Positions 27,101-42,100 of a stretch of DNA of 64,000 bases are shown here, piece after piece (positions within the stretch are counted from its first letter, which is position 1; each line of letters opens with the position of its first letter). The notes under the pieces were generated by a model. It saw nothing but the letters and a program-made list of their open reading frames with translations, was not told where the DNA came from and searched no databases. The stretch is from Bugula neritina (lineage: Eukaryota > Animalia > Bryozoa): positions 33,169,504 through 33,233,503 of the forward strand of contig OZ037765.1 in NCBI GenBank assembly GCA_964035545.1. Direction: 5' to 3'. The position numbers were made by a program, and so were the translations under genes.

Positions 27101-30100
27101 CTGAGGCCTCCATCCACCAGAGAAACCTGCTGCTAGGCCACCCACAATCGGCTCCAGTGTCAGCGCATTGAGCCGGGCTCTGCTGGCAGCAGCATACTCT
27201 TGTTCAGTTGATGCCGTCATCAGGCTGTCTCTAACCCACGCGAACTCTATTCCCACGCTTCCATCACACGCTGAGTTACATAATAGTAGTACTGTGACTA
27301 CTATGACTAAAGTGACTACTATGGCTACTGACTATTACTGCTGTGAGTACTGACTATGACTACTAATAATAGTACTATGAGCACAGTGACTAATAAGACA
27401 ATGACTATGACAATGAATAATGTGACTATGAATAATGTGACTATTACTACTGTGACTGGTATGACTACTATAATTATGTCTGCTATCACTACTATAACTA
27501 TGAATATGACTTTTGACTGACTCTTGACTATTACAACTATGACTATAACTACTATGACTACTACAAGCTGACAGGTACCTACCGAAAGGTTCACTGTAGT
27601 ACCCCGGCACCACGGCCCTCAGCTCCCCTGTGTTCTCATCCACCTTCTGGTCACTGGGTATAGCTGAGAACCAAGTGTCTAGTATACAGGTATTGGATAT
27701 CTCATACGTGACGTTAGCGGTGGTGCCCCGAGTGGGGGAACCCTTGTCCGTTATGACCACAGTATAGGTTAGGTTGGTGTTTAGAGGGTAGATTTGTCGG
27801 TAGATGTCGAGTGTGTTGTTGGCAATCTCAGAGAAAGGTGGACTGTGTAATGATATAGTGAGGACAATAATGTACTGGTAGGTAGATGAATAGATGCTGA
27901 AACACACACCATACACATAGAGCTGATCTTTAACTTATAAAACGAATAAGTTACAAAGATAAATTGAAGGATTTAAATTTGAATTTTGTATTGTCAAGGG
28001 AAACCTTAGCTCAGAAGGCGTGGAGTTTATCACAATTATAATTTGTGTTGAAGCTTAAGATGAAAATCATCATTAAAAATGGTTACATAAAATATATAAA
28101 TTTATTACAATTTTGGAGATTTTTAAAATATTTGAACATAAAAATTATATTTGGGAGTTATCATCTCATAAGACAGTTGACTGTAGAGATGTTATTCACA
28201 GCTAACCTTAGTTCAGGAATTGTCCTCTGATAGATAAGGACAGCGTTGGAGGTGCTGTCGGCATCAGTGGCGTTGAGTTTGAGGTAAGGTTCAGGGGTCA
28301 TTGGGGGAACTCCTTTGACAAAATATTCCCTGATGTCCAGCAGGGGGCAATTGTCGTTAAGATCATTTAAATTCACCTGTAAATAATACATTCACCTGTA
28401 AACAATACATTTAGCTGTAAATAATATATTTAGCTGTAAATAATATATTTTCTTGTAAATAATACTAATTATTCAGAAGTTATAATTATTTTGATGATAA
28501 AAACAACTCAGGGCTAGATGCTGTCAGCAGCGCTATACAAAGTTGCTTAGAAAACTGCAATCAGCAATAAAACATCACAAGATTTACTTACAATAACTAA
28601 CTTATGATTCATAAGATGACACATAATATAAGTAATGTCTGACACTTTTATCTCACTGAGTTGACACATTATATATACTAGTATTACTACCATCATTGTG
28701 AAGAGACAACTGAAGTGGTCTGGCCATGTGGTAAGAATGGATGATAACCGGCTACCAAAAAAGACCATGTGCTCTGAGCTGAACACTGGAAATCGCTCAC
28801 AGGGTGGTCAGAGGAAAAGGTATAAAGACACTCTACACGAGAGCCTTAAGCAGTGTTTCATTCGACCACAGACCTGGGAAGTTCAGGCCTTGGACAGAAA
28901 AAATTGGAGAACTGTTGTGCATCAAGGGACAGCGATTTTTGAACAACAACAACGCCAAAAACGAGAGCACAAACGGTTGCTAAGGAAAAACAGGGAGTTA
29001 TGCTCTGTTACACACCCATCAGTGACTGACTCTAGTAACATTTGTCCTCACTGTGGCAAATTATGCCGATCTCGAATTGGGCTTGTGAGTCACCTCAGAA
29101 CTCACAACCTCTAGTAGGATTTTACGGATTTTCGAACTGGAACGGATTACGGATCACGGCACAGACTAGGGCTTGCAAGCAGACATCATACTCGTCACAC
29201 GAGGGATTGCTGACACACACTAGTATTATAGTGAGTTGACACATTACATACACTAGTATTATAGTAAGCTGACACATTAGATATACTAGTATTTTAGTGA
29301 GTTGACACATTACATATACTAGTATTTTAGTGAGTTGACACATTACATATACTAGTATTATAGTGAGTTGACACATTACATATACTAGTATTATAGTGAG
29401 TTGACACATTATATATACTAGTATTATAGTAAGCTGACACATTACATATACTAGTATTATAGTGAGTTGACACATTACATATACTAGTATTATAGTGAGT
29501 TGACACATTACATATACTAGTATTATAGTGAGTTGACACATTATATATACTAGTATTATAGTAAGCTGACACATTACATATACTAGTATTATAGTAAGTT
29601 GACACATTATATATACTAGTATTATAGTGAGTTGACACATTACATATACTAGTATTATAGTGAGTTGACACATTACATATACTAGTATTATAGTGAGTTG
29701 ACACATTACATATACTAGTATTTTAGTGAGTTGACACATTACATACACTAGTATTATAGTAAGCTGACACATTAGATATACTAGTATTTTAGTGAGTTGA
29801 CACATTACATATACTAGTATTTTAGTGAGTTGACACATTACATATACTAGTATTATAGTGAGTTGACACATTACATATACTAGTATTATAGTGAGTTGAC
29901 ACATTATATATACTAGTATTATAGTAAGCTGACACATTACATATACTAGTATTATAGTGAGTTGACACATTACATATACTAGTATTATAGTGAGTTGACA
30001 CATTACATATACTAGTATTATAGTGAGTTGACACATTACATATACTAGTATTATAGTGAGTTGACACATTACATACACTAGTATTATAGTAAGCTGACAC

Positions 30101-33100
30101 ATTATATATACTAGTATTTTAGTGAGTTGACACATTACATATACTAGTATTTTAGTGAGTTGACACATTACATATACTAGTATTATAGTGAGTTGACACA
30201 TTACATATACTAGTATTATAGTGAGTTGACACATTATATATACTAGTATTATAGTAAGCTGACACATTACATATACTAGTATTATAGTGAGTTGACACAT
30301 TACATATACTAGTATTATAGTGAGTTGACACATTACATATACTAGTATTATAGTGAGTTGACACATTATGTATACTAGTATTATAGTAAGTTGACACATT
30401 ATATATACTAGTATTATAGTGAGTTGACACATTACATATACTAGTATTATAGTGAGTTGACACATTACATATACTAGTATTATAGTGAGTTGACACATTA
30501 CATATACTAGTATTTTAGTGAGTTGACACATTACATATACTAGTATTATAGTGAGTTGACACATTACATATACTAGTATTATAGTGAGTTGACACATTAT
30601 ATATACTAGTATTATAGTAAGCTGACACATTACATATACTAGTATTATAGTAAGTTGACACATTATATATACTAGTATTATAGTGAGTTGACACATTACA
30701 TATACTAGTATTTTAGTGAGTTGACACATTACATATACTAGTATTATAGTGAGTTGACACATTACATATACTAGTATTTTAGTGAGTTGACACATTACAT
30801 ATACTAGTATTATAGTGAGTTGACACATTACATATACTAGCATTATAGTGAGTTGACACATTACATATACTAGTATTATAGTAAGCTGACACATTAGATA
30901 TACTAGTATTATAGTAAGCTGACACATTAGATATACTAGTATTATAGTGAGTTGACACATTACATATACTAGTATTATAGTAAGCTGACACATTATATAT
31001 ACTAGTATTATAGTAAGTTGACACATTACATATACTAGTATTATAGTGAGTTGACACATTATATATACTAGTATTATAGTGAGTTGACACATTATATATA
31101 CTAGTATTTTAGTGAGTTGACACATTACATATACTAGTATTATAGTGAGTTGACACATTACATATACTAGTATTTTAGTGAGTTGACACATTATATATAC
31201 TAGTATTATAGTGAGTTGACACATTACATATACTAGTATTATAGTGAGTTGACACATTACATATACTAGTATTATAGTGAGTTGACACATTACATATACT
31301 AGTATTTTAGTGAGTTGACACATTACATATACTAGTATTATAGTGAGTTGACACATTACATATACTAGTATTATAGTGAGTTGACACATTATATATACTA
31401 GTATTATAGTAAGCTGACACATTACATATACTAGTATTTTAGTGAGTTGACACATTACATATACTAGTATTATAGTGAGTTGACACATTACATATACTAG
31501 CATTATAGTGAGTTGACACATTACATATACTAGTATTATAGTAAGCTGACACATTAGATATACTAGTATTATAGTAAGCTGACACATTAGATATACTAGT
31601 ATTATAGTGAGTTGACACATTACATATACTAGTATTATAGTAAGCTGACACATTATATATACTAGTATTATAGTAAGTTGACACATTACATATACTAGTA
31701 TTATAGTGAGTTGACACATTATATATACTAGTATTATAGTGAGCTGACACATTACATATACTAGTATTATAGTGAGTTGACACATTATATATACTAGTAT
31801 TATAGTGAGTTGACACATTACATATACTAGTATTTTAGTGAGTTGACACATTACATATACTAGTATTATAGTGAGTTGACACATTACATATACTAGTATT
31901 ATAGTGAGCTGACACATTACATATACTAGTATTATAGTGAGTTGACACATTACATATACTAGTATTACAGTGAGTTGACACATTACATATACTAGTATTA
32001 TAGTGAGTTGACACATTACATATACTAGTATTATAGTGAGTTGACACATTACATATACTAGTATTATAGTGAGTTGACACATTACATATACTAGTATTAT
32101 AGTGAGTTGACACATTACATATACTAGTATTTTAGTGAGTTGACACATTACATATACTAGTATTATAGTGAGTTGACACATTACATATACTAGTATTATA
32201 GTAGGTTGACACATTACATATACTAGTATTATAGTGAGTTGACACATTACATATACTAGTATTATAGTGAGTTGACACATTACATATACTAGTATTATAG
32301 TGAGTTGACACATTATATATACTAGTATTATAGTAAGCTGACACATTAGATTTACTAGTATTATAGTAAGCTGACACATTAGATATACTAGTATTTTAGT
32401 GAGTTGACACATTAGATATACTAGTATTTTAGTGAGTTGACACATTACATATACTAGTATTATAGTGAGTTGACACATTACATATACTAGTATTATAGTG
32501 AGTTGACACATTACATATACTAGTATTATAGTGAGTTGACACATTACATATACTAGTATTATAGTGAGTTGACACATTACATATACTAGTATTATAGTAA
32601 GTTGACACATTACATATACTAGTATTTTAGTGAGTTGACACATTATATATACTAGTATTTTAGTGAGCTGACACATTACATATACTAGTATTATAGTGAG
32701 TTGACACATTATATATACTAGTATTTTAGTGAGCTGACACATTATATATACTAGTATTATAGTGAGTTGACACATTATATATACTAGTATTTTAGTGAGT
32801 TGACACATTATATATACTAGTATTTTAGTAAGCTGACACCTTGACTGTGATCTGACCAGTGAGAGCAGGTACTTTGAGGTAGTCAATGACCTCTACAATG
32901 AGCGTGTAGTAAGTGGAGACCTCATAGTCAACTGGTGAAAACAGAGTAACAAGCATGGTTTCCGTGGTAACCTCAAAGATCTCTACACCAGTCGCGTTAT
33001 CTACAAAATAGAGATTGGTGTAAGCTGCTAATAAAGATGTTTATACCCGTACTACCAATACTAATACTTTGTAATACTGATTATGACACCCTACTGTACT

Positions 33101-36100
33101 ACTAATATTAATGCTCATGATAAATACTTGTAATACGTACTAATACATGTAATATTAGTAAACATATTGTATTAAATGATGCTATATAAGATCAGTTGAA
33201 ATAAAGTTGAAAAATACTAAAAATACTTGTGTAAATTATCCCCAAAAACACAATACTAGTACATAGGTTAGAGAAATGTCATAAATGCATACTAATTGAC
33301 AATAAAATTTGTAATATTGGGTTTTACATTATAATAAAGTCAACATGAAATTAAAAGAATTGCTTTTTTGGTACGAGCAAATGTTGGTAAATTTATACGC
33401 AGAGTCTACCAGCCTGAAACATAATAAAAACATTTAACACTGAAATACACGACGGCAACTAAAAGCTAAGAGTCTCTGTCTCACCATCTGGTGTGATAAC
33501 AGCTGGCCCATCACACTCCACAAAGGAAACATCTACCCCCGATACAGACAGAGTGGTGTAAGTGTAGTTTACAGGAGCAGGGACAGCGGCAGCAGCAGCA
33601 GCCTCATTCGCTGACGTAGCATTCTTCATAGTGATATGTTTAGCTTCATTTCCTAACACAGAGAAGACACAGTGATGGTTAGATGGAGCACAGTATAATA
33701 TACATCCAGCAGTAGCAACTTGTACTCATAAAGAATACTGTTTGCATGACCAAATAAAAAAGCAGACGATTGGTTTTATGCATTTTATACTAGGTTGTCT
33801 CCATTTAAATTTTCCTTTGCTTTAAACGTTCTCTGCTACACCCTGGCACTACATCTGTTACAAAGTTGATGAAATAAAAGTTGAGCTTTGGCCCGTGGAC
33901 AAATAAAATGCAGTCCATACAATACAACACACTACAATACTGTATCTTATACTGCCTTGCAATGACAATATGCTACTACTACAATTTATATTGCACTACA
34001 GTACAATGTCTTGCAGCTCGTAATAATAGTACAGCAAACCATAATACAATATATTATACTGCCATGAAATGATAATAAACTACTTTTATTATAATACAAT
34101 GCAATATCTTGCAGGTCTTAGTATAAGAGAGGCACCTCGTAGGATGTTGACTTGGAAAGGAGGACCAGCAGAGAATGAGTCAGCAAGAACTATCCTCTCG
34201 ATGATGCCGTCTACGTGGAAGTCCTCATCAATGTAGACAATATAGTCCCTGGGGGGCTCCTCCAACTCGTCTAGTATAAAGTCAAAGTCTGTGAGGTCAA
34301 TCAGCAGCTCAGAGCCACACCCCTCTCTCTCAGTATGGAAGATGGTGAAGTGGTACCTTTCCCCTATCTAATATATTTGCATAAATCATACTTTCAGCAA
34401 TAAAGAAAAAACAACACAGGTTCGTGCTAATTTTAAAACTTGGTACTAAAACAAATCACTAAAAGAAATAATTTTTTTAAAATCAATTAAATTGAGTAAA
34501 AAATGAGTTTAGGAAACCTCCAGTTGCAGCTGGACTTCCTCGTCTGGCAAATCAGAAGTTATGGAACACGCTCCGCCAACAACATACCCTAGTTGGGGGG
34601 TGAGTACAGCGCCCCCTACAACAGCAACCAAACTCAAGGCTAATACCAGACCACTATGCAGAAATATGAGAACAAACATAAATTTACACTCACAGAATGA
34701 ACTTTGGAACTGGTATTTAAAAATAAGAAAAGCCCCAAATAATATACTAAACCTTATTCACAAGTTCACCTTATTCTGTAGAATAAACTCACCCTGTTCT
34801 GCAGCTCTACTGATGTTGACATGTTTACAGATTTTCACTGAATCACTTTCCTCATTGAACACCTAGAAACAAACTACTTAGCTTTTCAACAAATAAAGTA
34901 GGAAAAGATACTAAATTGACCTAAAAGAGAATCTAAATCTGAACCTCCTTTACTGACTTAAACACACGCTGCCATTTACGCTATGCTTGGCTAAATTCAC
35001 CACAAAGATGACTGCATCGTCCAAGCTTTTAAAAAGTATATTATAGTGCTGTTCACACTACAGAAGAGATCATAGTGTTGCTAGCCACACCCACCTGCAG
35101 CACCAACTTCCTGTTTAGATACAGCCACATCATCTCACCACCTGAGAGAGAAATAGTCTCATTTCCTTGAAACACAAACCCGGTACGGATGGCTGAGGTG
35201 AAGCCCAGATTGGAAGGAATGCCAGAGCAGTCTGTTTGTCCCTCATCCAACCAACCCATGTGGTCCACAGGGTAGAAGTCGGTAGACGAAAACCTAAAGT
35301 GTATTGTTACTAGATGTTTCAGAGGTTAGGTGAGAAGAATAAAATGTTAGCTGGGATTTGAACTCCTGTTGGATGGAACTGTCTAGTGTTGGGTGCTCTT
35401 ACACTTCCCCCCACCAAACCCTTGACAAAAAGTTCAACTATTAGTTTCATATAAGCTTTCTCCACACTATACAGAGCGTACATTGACTTAGTAGTTAGGA
35501 TATCTTGTGAATTCTGCCATATACAACTGAACAAAAATATCATAAAAACAAAATATTAATAAAACACAAAACACCTCCACATGTTTGAGATTTTCACCTG
35601 TGTGCTCCTTCAGACGCGACTCCTTTAAGTACAAGCGTACTCTCAAACTCAAAGGTCATGTCCTCCACATATCTGAACCAATCAGAGAAGGTGTCTGTGC
35701 TGGGCGTGTTTGAAATAGCTAGCCACGCCCCAAAGGGACTGGGCACATACGTAGGAGAGTTTATGGTGTACGACAAGGGAAACCCAGTGAAGTCAACATG
35801 GTGGATGCTACAGCATAAGATATAATGTAAATGTTTTACCCAATCTTATCATAATTACACATATTAAAAAGTTATCCAATGATTCAAAAAGAAACATTTT
35901 CAACAAATTTGTTTTCACTAAAGCAAACTGTGTACAGAAAAATCTAAAAATTAAAGAATTTTCTAAAAACTTGCAAAAAGTAAATTTTATAAATAGTCTA
36001 AAAAATTATTCAAAGTAAAGAAATATCAACAACTATAACGACTGATAAGTATTCACATTAACCAACCGATAATGTTGAGTCATCCTTACCTGAAGTCATA

Positions 36101-39100
36101 ATACTTGATGGGCAAAGAAATATCTCCCAACTCAGTTGACACATTCTTTCCTACAATAACACTATTTTTTATATACTATCCTATATACTCTCTTACAGTA
36201 TATACTCTCTTATGCAATATCTTATATACAGTGACCTGTATGATGACTATAATAAGAAGATAATTTACATAGGAGTTATCTGCACATGAAAATAACCGAG
36301 AGATGTTTAGCTTGTACCAATAATGTGAAGTTCAGTAAACAAAAAAATAAAACCCAACTTCAAGAAACAGACATGAATTCAGTTAAATACTTTTAATAAC
36401 AAATCTGAATGTGCTTCAAAATTCAGCAACGAAATAAAGAAATGTTAGCTACAAGTTATCACATTTTTAACAAAATATTCCACATTGTAATAAAAACTAA
36501 ATTATAATGCAAAATACAAACACAGTAACGTATTATAAGTATAACTATGAGTATATTGCATTGCATTCAATTAAGAGTTATAAATATTATGATGTACTAT
36601 TTCTGTCACAATGTAGTTTAAACACAAAGCAAAACCCATTTACAACCAGTCTACTGAGACACTGATACACAGAGATACTAGAATGAACTGTAGCAGACGT
36701 ACGTGTATCGAGTAGAGAGACAAAGCTGACAGGGGAGCTGGCAGCAGAGTGATCGCTGCCGATACGGAGATACACAACACAGATGTATATAGTGTTGTCT
36801 AACACCCCCTCAGACTCGAAGAATGTGTGGTTTGCTGTTCCGTTGACCGTAGCATTGAGATCTACGCCATTGGCTAGTGGAGTCCAGCATTGTACAAAAA
36901 AACTACAAGTAGAGATGTGTGAGCAGCACAGGGAGGCAACTACGGAATATTTATACAAAGTAGTAGGGGGTGTTGTAGAAGTTAAGGCTCTATATCACAA
37001 AAATAAAGAAAATTTAATATCTATAATAAAATGACCCAAATGTAGAGCATGCAGTGCTATGAAAAGTATTTTGCTTCTGAAGTTTTTGATTAGACAAATT
37101 ATAAAATATACAGTGCAAATAAATATGACTGTAAAATTTTGCTTAATTATAACTCCTTAAATACGATGAAAATAGTTAAATAAAATTGTCAGATTTTGTT
37201 TGAATGGTAAACACACTGAGTAGTTAGTAGCAATTTAGAATTTTCTGCCAGCAACAAAAAATTCTTTTTTTAAGTCAAAGTAAGCTTTCTAAAACAATTC
37301 AATTTATCTAAGTAAAAATAATTATTAAAAAGCTTCACTGACCTGTAGTTTGTATAATCAACAATTTCCACTCCACTCTCATTGTAAGCAGACCAGTTCA
37401 GGTCTATCACATTGATGCTGGGTTGACTATAACTCAGATTAAATGGAGCACACGTAATGGTGGTTGGATCTCCTTTGTACCAGCTAGAGGAAAGCAGACT
37501 AACGCCACTAGTTAAGGGAGGATAAGAGCACGTCGCCGCACCATCGACTGTGATATTAGGATATAGCAGGGAATCATAAACAGCACAGCCACATTGCAGC
37601 GACGTTGTGTCTAGACTAACGCTACCCATACTGATGGAAGTAAAAGCATTTTCAGCTATTGTGGAAATTGGATTGCCCGAGAAATCGGCGGTTAGTTCAA
37701 GGGAAATACTATCGGAGCCTCCAATCTTAGGGATGTGGTATAAGTGATTGCCAGAGAAATCTATGCTAGTCAGCGAATCACAGTTGTCAAACAGACCGGC
37801 AGCTATGAAGGTCAGCTGATTATCTCGAATAGATAACGTCTGCAGAGAGACAGCGTTGTCCAGCAGGTCAGCTTGAAGATGGGTGATCTGGTTAGAGTCG
37901 AGAACCAAACTCGTCATTGTAGTTTCGGTATCGAATGAGTCATCCGGGATTTCACTGATGAGATTCCCCGTAAAGTCAATGACGTCTAGACCAAGAACAG
38001 AAATGGCTGAGCCAGGATACTGAGTCAGCAAGTTGTTCTGTAAGTTGAGGACGCCAACCGACAGCCCTACAAACGTCACTGGAAGCAGCGAGGATAAACC
38101 GTTGTCGTTCAGAGAAAGAGTAGTTACCGAAGACGCATTGAACATGGCGCCCAAGATGTCTGCCAAACCATTATTAGATAAGTCGACAGATGAGTAACTC
38201 ACTTTGAACGCAGCTTCTTCGACATAAGTGATGAGATTATGGCTGAGATCTAGTTTATTACCAGAAATATCGTAGAAAGAGTGACTCGGAACATGTCTGA
38301 TCTGGTTGTAACCGAGATAAATGTAGGAGTATGTGCCGGTATTAAACGCGTATTCTCTCAGATATTTCACAGCATTTCCTGTCAAGTAGAGGTATGATAT
38401 GGAGCAGTCGACAAAAGCATTTGAGTCGATGTAAGCAATTTTATTATCCCTGAAGTAAATATGAGTTGCAGACGTCTGGTTGAATGTATCCGTCTGTATC
38501 GAAGTAATCATGTTGCTGTCTAGAGTCAGAAAAGTGAAAGTGATGTGGTGAAAATCTTTAGAGGTCTTTGAGAGCTCTGTGAGTCTGTTGTGACCTAAAT
38601 CCAAAGCATACATAGAAGAAAGATGGCTGAAGGTGTTGTCCCCGAGGTAAGCAATCTCATTGTTACTCACGTAGAACCTGTCTAGAGCTGTGCAGTCGGG
38701 AAACATAGAGCTGTTGAGCCAACTGATCCGATTGGACGTCATGGACAAGTAGCTGAGGCTGGTACAGTTTTGAAATGTCGTAGGACTGATTATTGATATT
38801 CGATTGTCATCTAAGAAAAGTTGTAGGAGATTGGTCAATTGGGCGAAGGTGCTGGTGTGAGTGAAGTCTATTTGATTACTCCGCAGGTTCAGGATTGTGA
38901 GGGATTCTGGGAAAGCATTATCCTCGATGGTCACAATTAGGTTGTTCTACAAGACACATCATCTTTTATAGATAGTGTACAAATATACTGAGCTGTAATT
39001 CGTACCATTCCAATGCGTATGCAATTGACTAGGACTAAGACTGAGTCATTACTCTAATTATCAAAAGCCAATAACATTCTCATAAAATTATTATATAAAT

Positions 39101-42100
39101 AAAACAATAATTTATGAACTAAACTACCAGCAAAAATCTAATTCAAATGGTACTTTGCGGCAAAAAAGAACATAACTCCGAATTCTGTGACCACTAAACT
39201 TACAATATCAGGTAGTAACAGCATAGTAAATTACTCACCTCAAGGTAAAGATCAGTGAGAAGGGAGTGATTAGAGAATGAGTTTGACTCAATTACTGTTA
39301 GTTTGTTATAGTTGAGAGTGAGTACACTGATAGCTAACAAACTATTGCTGTCCGTGATAGACTCAGGTAAGTACTGTATGAGGTTGCTACCCAAATCTCT
39401 AGAAGTACAAATAATATATTGAAGTTTTCTATCAATAGAAATTATAGAAGTAGAGAAATTAGTCATATTAAAATAAGTAATTGTTAGTCTGTAAAAAGAA
39501 TCCATATTGATACCTAATTTATAATAAAAAGCGCATTTATATGTATTTTTAGTACTACTTTCTCTTACAACCTCTAATTACACTAGGCTAGCTAACGAAA
39601 AATGTTTAAAATGAGAAAAATAATGCTTTTTACAATAAAATTGACAGGTGAATCAACGTTTCATTCACCTATTGACAATTGTAAAGAGAATTGTAAATTA
39701 GCTGACAGCAGATAGAGACTTTCAGATTCTAACAAGATAGGTTATATCTCTCTGCTAAAAAGCATAGCAAATAAGAAAATAAATTCAAAAGCAGAAGATG
39801 TCTAGATCGCAGCTAATATACACACATGACTCACAGCATGCTGAGTACAGGGTTACAGGAGAAGAGGTCAGTGGGGATGCTCGAAGTCTCCTCTGTCAGT
39901 GAATTGCCGTTCAGATTCAACTCACTCAAATGTTTCAGCTCACAGAAGGCTTTCTCAGCCAGAGCTGTAATCTCATTGCCATCCAAATGCCTAAACAACA
40001 GGAGGAGAAAACTACTAACATGACGGCTAAAAGTTGGAGCAATATGAAAATACTATGATAACTAACAGTGAGATTAATATTAACAGTAATACTAAAAGTA
40101 ATACTAAAAGTAATACTACAGTAACAGTGAAAGTAACATGAAAAGTAACAAAACTAACACTGATACTCAGTATGAATAATTTTTAGTAGCTTTATTAATT
40201 TATAACATCAATAATTATAATTATGGTTATACATAATAATATTAGTGAGTCTAAATTCCAATTCCCTCGCTCACCCACTCGAACAAAGTTGTTAATTAAT
40301 ACTTTCATTTACTATTCAACTGTAAATTCAACAGCAAATTCAACATGCTAAACAGCTTTTTTTCTATTAAACACTTCTTCCTGTGAGTAAATCCAACAAC
40401 ATGTAAACATGTGTGAATGGTAAACATACAAAACTTGTATGTTTGGAGTTGTCACATTCCACTTGGACCAGACCCGGAGTCTAGACTTGTGTAGTGGACC
40501 TTGGTCGTCAGGGAAACCATCGACTCCGTAGAGGAGAGGGTCAGATATAGAGTTGTCTCCAGCATATCTATTGGGAGTAGATGTAGAACATGGTAATATA
40601 CAACTATATATCTATAGGAGTAGTTGTACAACATGGTATTATACAGCAACATATCTACTGGGAGTAGATGTAGAATTTATTACCAGTTTATAATGTAAGT
40701 GTATATCTTACTTACAATATTTATACAATCATGTAAATACTAACCATGCATCATAACTCTATAAATAACATAAACAAACTTCCAAACTAACATTTCCTAA
40801 CTTCTAATCTGCAATAACATATTGTTATTTTGAGTTATTTTAGCTTCATACATTTTTGCTGCTATAACTTTAAATAAATAAAGCTATTAGACATAAAACT
40901 AAACCTAACAAGTACACATAACTACTAGTACAGCATCTAAAATTAAGATGATAATGTTTCTCACTATTTAAACCAATCACGGCTATTTTTTCAGTTCAGA
41001 TGAGCTGAAACTGAGCCAATCAGAGCCTGACTTACATTTTAGACAATGAGAAGTAGTTTTGCTCAAACAGCACTTGATGGGGAAAGGAGACCAGACTATT
41101 GTCGCTCACCCACCTACAATGAAAGAGGCAGCAAAACATGCTAAACTTATATACTATGAGCTTTCTTTATATTGGAGTTATTCTCCCATTAAATACAGTT
41201 ATGTTATGCAAAGTACTTATACATAAAGAGAAGTAACAATACCTTGAATCTAAATTTATACAAAACAGCCCTTTTAAAACAGTGAATAAAAGTTGGGAAT
41301 ACATCAAGAAGCTAAAATACTTGCAGCAGTGATATTTTATAATTACAGGCATGTGGCAATGTAGCGCTATTGTTATATAGCATTGCACAACTATACAGCT
41401 GGCACACGCATTGTCTTGCAAATAAGTTGTATTATACAACCTCAGGTCAATATTTCTTAAAGCACCCAACATACAGGTGTTTGAGTGCATGAGTAATCAA
41501 TGAGTAACCTATGTACCACTTGAAGTAATTATTGGTGAAATAAAACTAAAATTTTACAAGTTATCTCCTCTGGTTTGAGCATGATCAGGTTTAATACATT
41601 GATCAAGCAAAAGACATTTAAACTATTGTTTTGTGGGTCACAAAGAAAAATGTCTAAGAAATATAGATATTAAGATGTACTTTTTTAATTGTACATATAA
41701 CACTTACACAACATATGTGTTATATTTTTGCATTTACTTAAATTGCATCTACTATACTTACAAATAGAATACATTATACTTATATTGTATACATGTATAC
41801 TACACTTCGATTGTACTTACAATACTTGGAGCACATATTTACACTTACACTTTCATTTGTAATAAATGTCATACTTACAATAAACATCACACAATTACAC
41901 TTACAGTTCATATAAACTCTGATTGATATCCCAGAATGCATTGTAATACAAGTTGAGCATTGGAGGATTCTGGGAATGTAGTCTGAGTTCCTTTAGTTTG
42001 GGCAGCTCCATTATAGAATATGAGTACATCCTCTCTAAACCGTTGCCATGCAACGATCTACACAAAAACATCTTTAATTAATAAGACTAAAAATTGTTCA

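Larger units (their letters stand above)
27583..34240 (-). other. Mega-TSP sub-region: cadherin-like repeats
   Basis: [35 protein letters not shown] (DxNDNxP linker), [16 protein letters not shown]. Confidence 0.85.

Noticed and set aside
29219-32839. CRISPR-like array (33-bp period with a palindrome)
   Set aside because: Units are directly adjacent with no unique spacers, there are no cas genes, and the context is a eukaryotic intron.
29122-32886. 1254-aa ORF of ([11 protein letters not shown])n and overlapping ([11 protein letters not shown])n ORFs
   Set aside because: Translation of a 33-bp satellite with one stop-free frame. It is out of frame with the cadherin exon it overlaps, whose read-through stops within a few codons.
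41167-41490. Possible extra LRR exon ([10 protein letters not shown])
   Set aside because: No convincing phase-2 acceptor/donor pair, and the flanking exons already join in frame.
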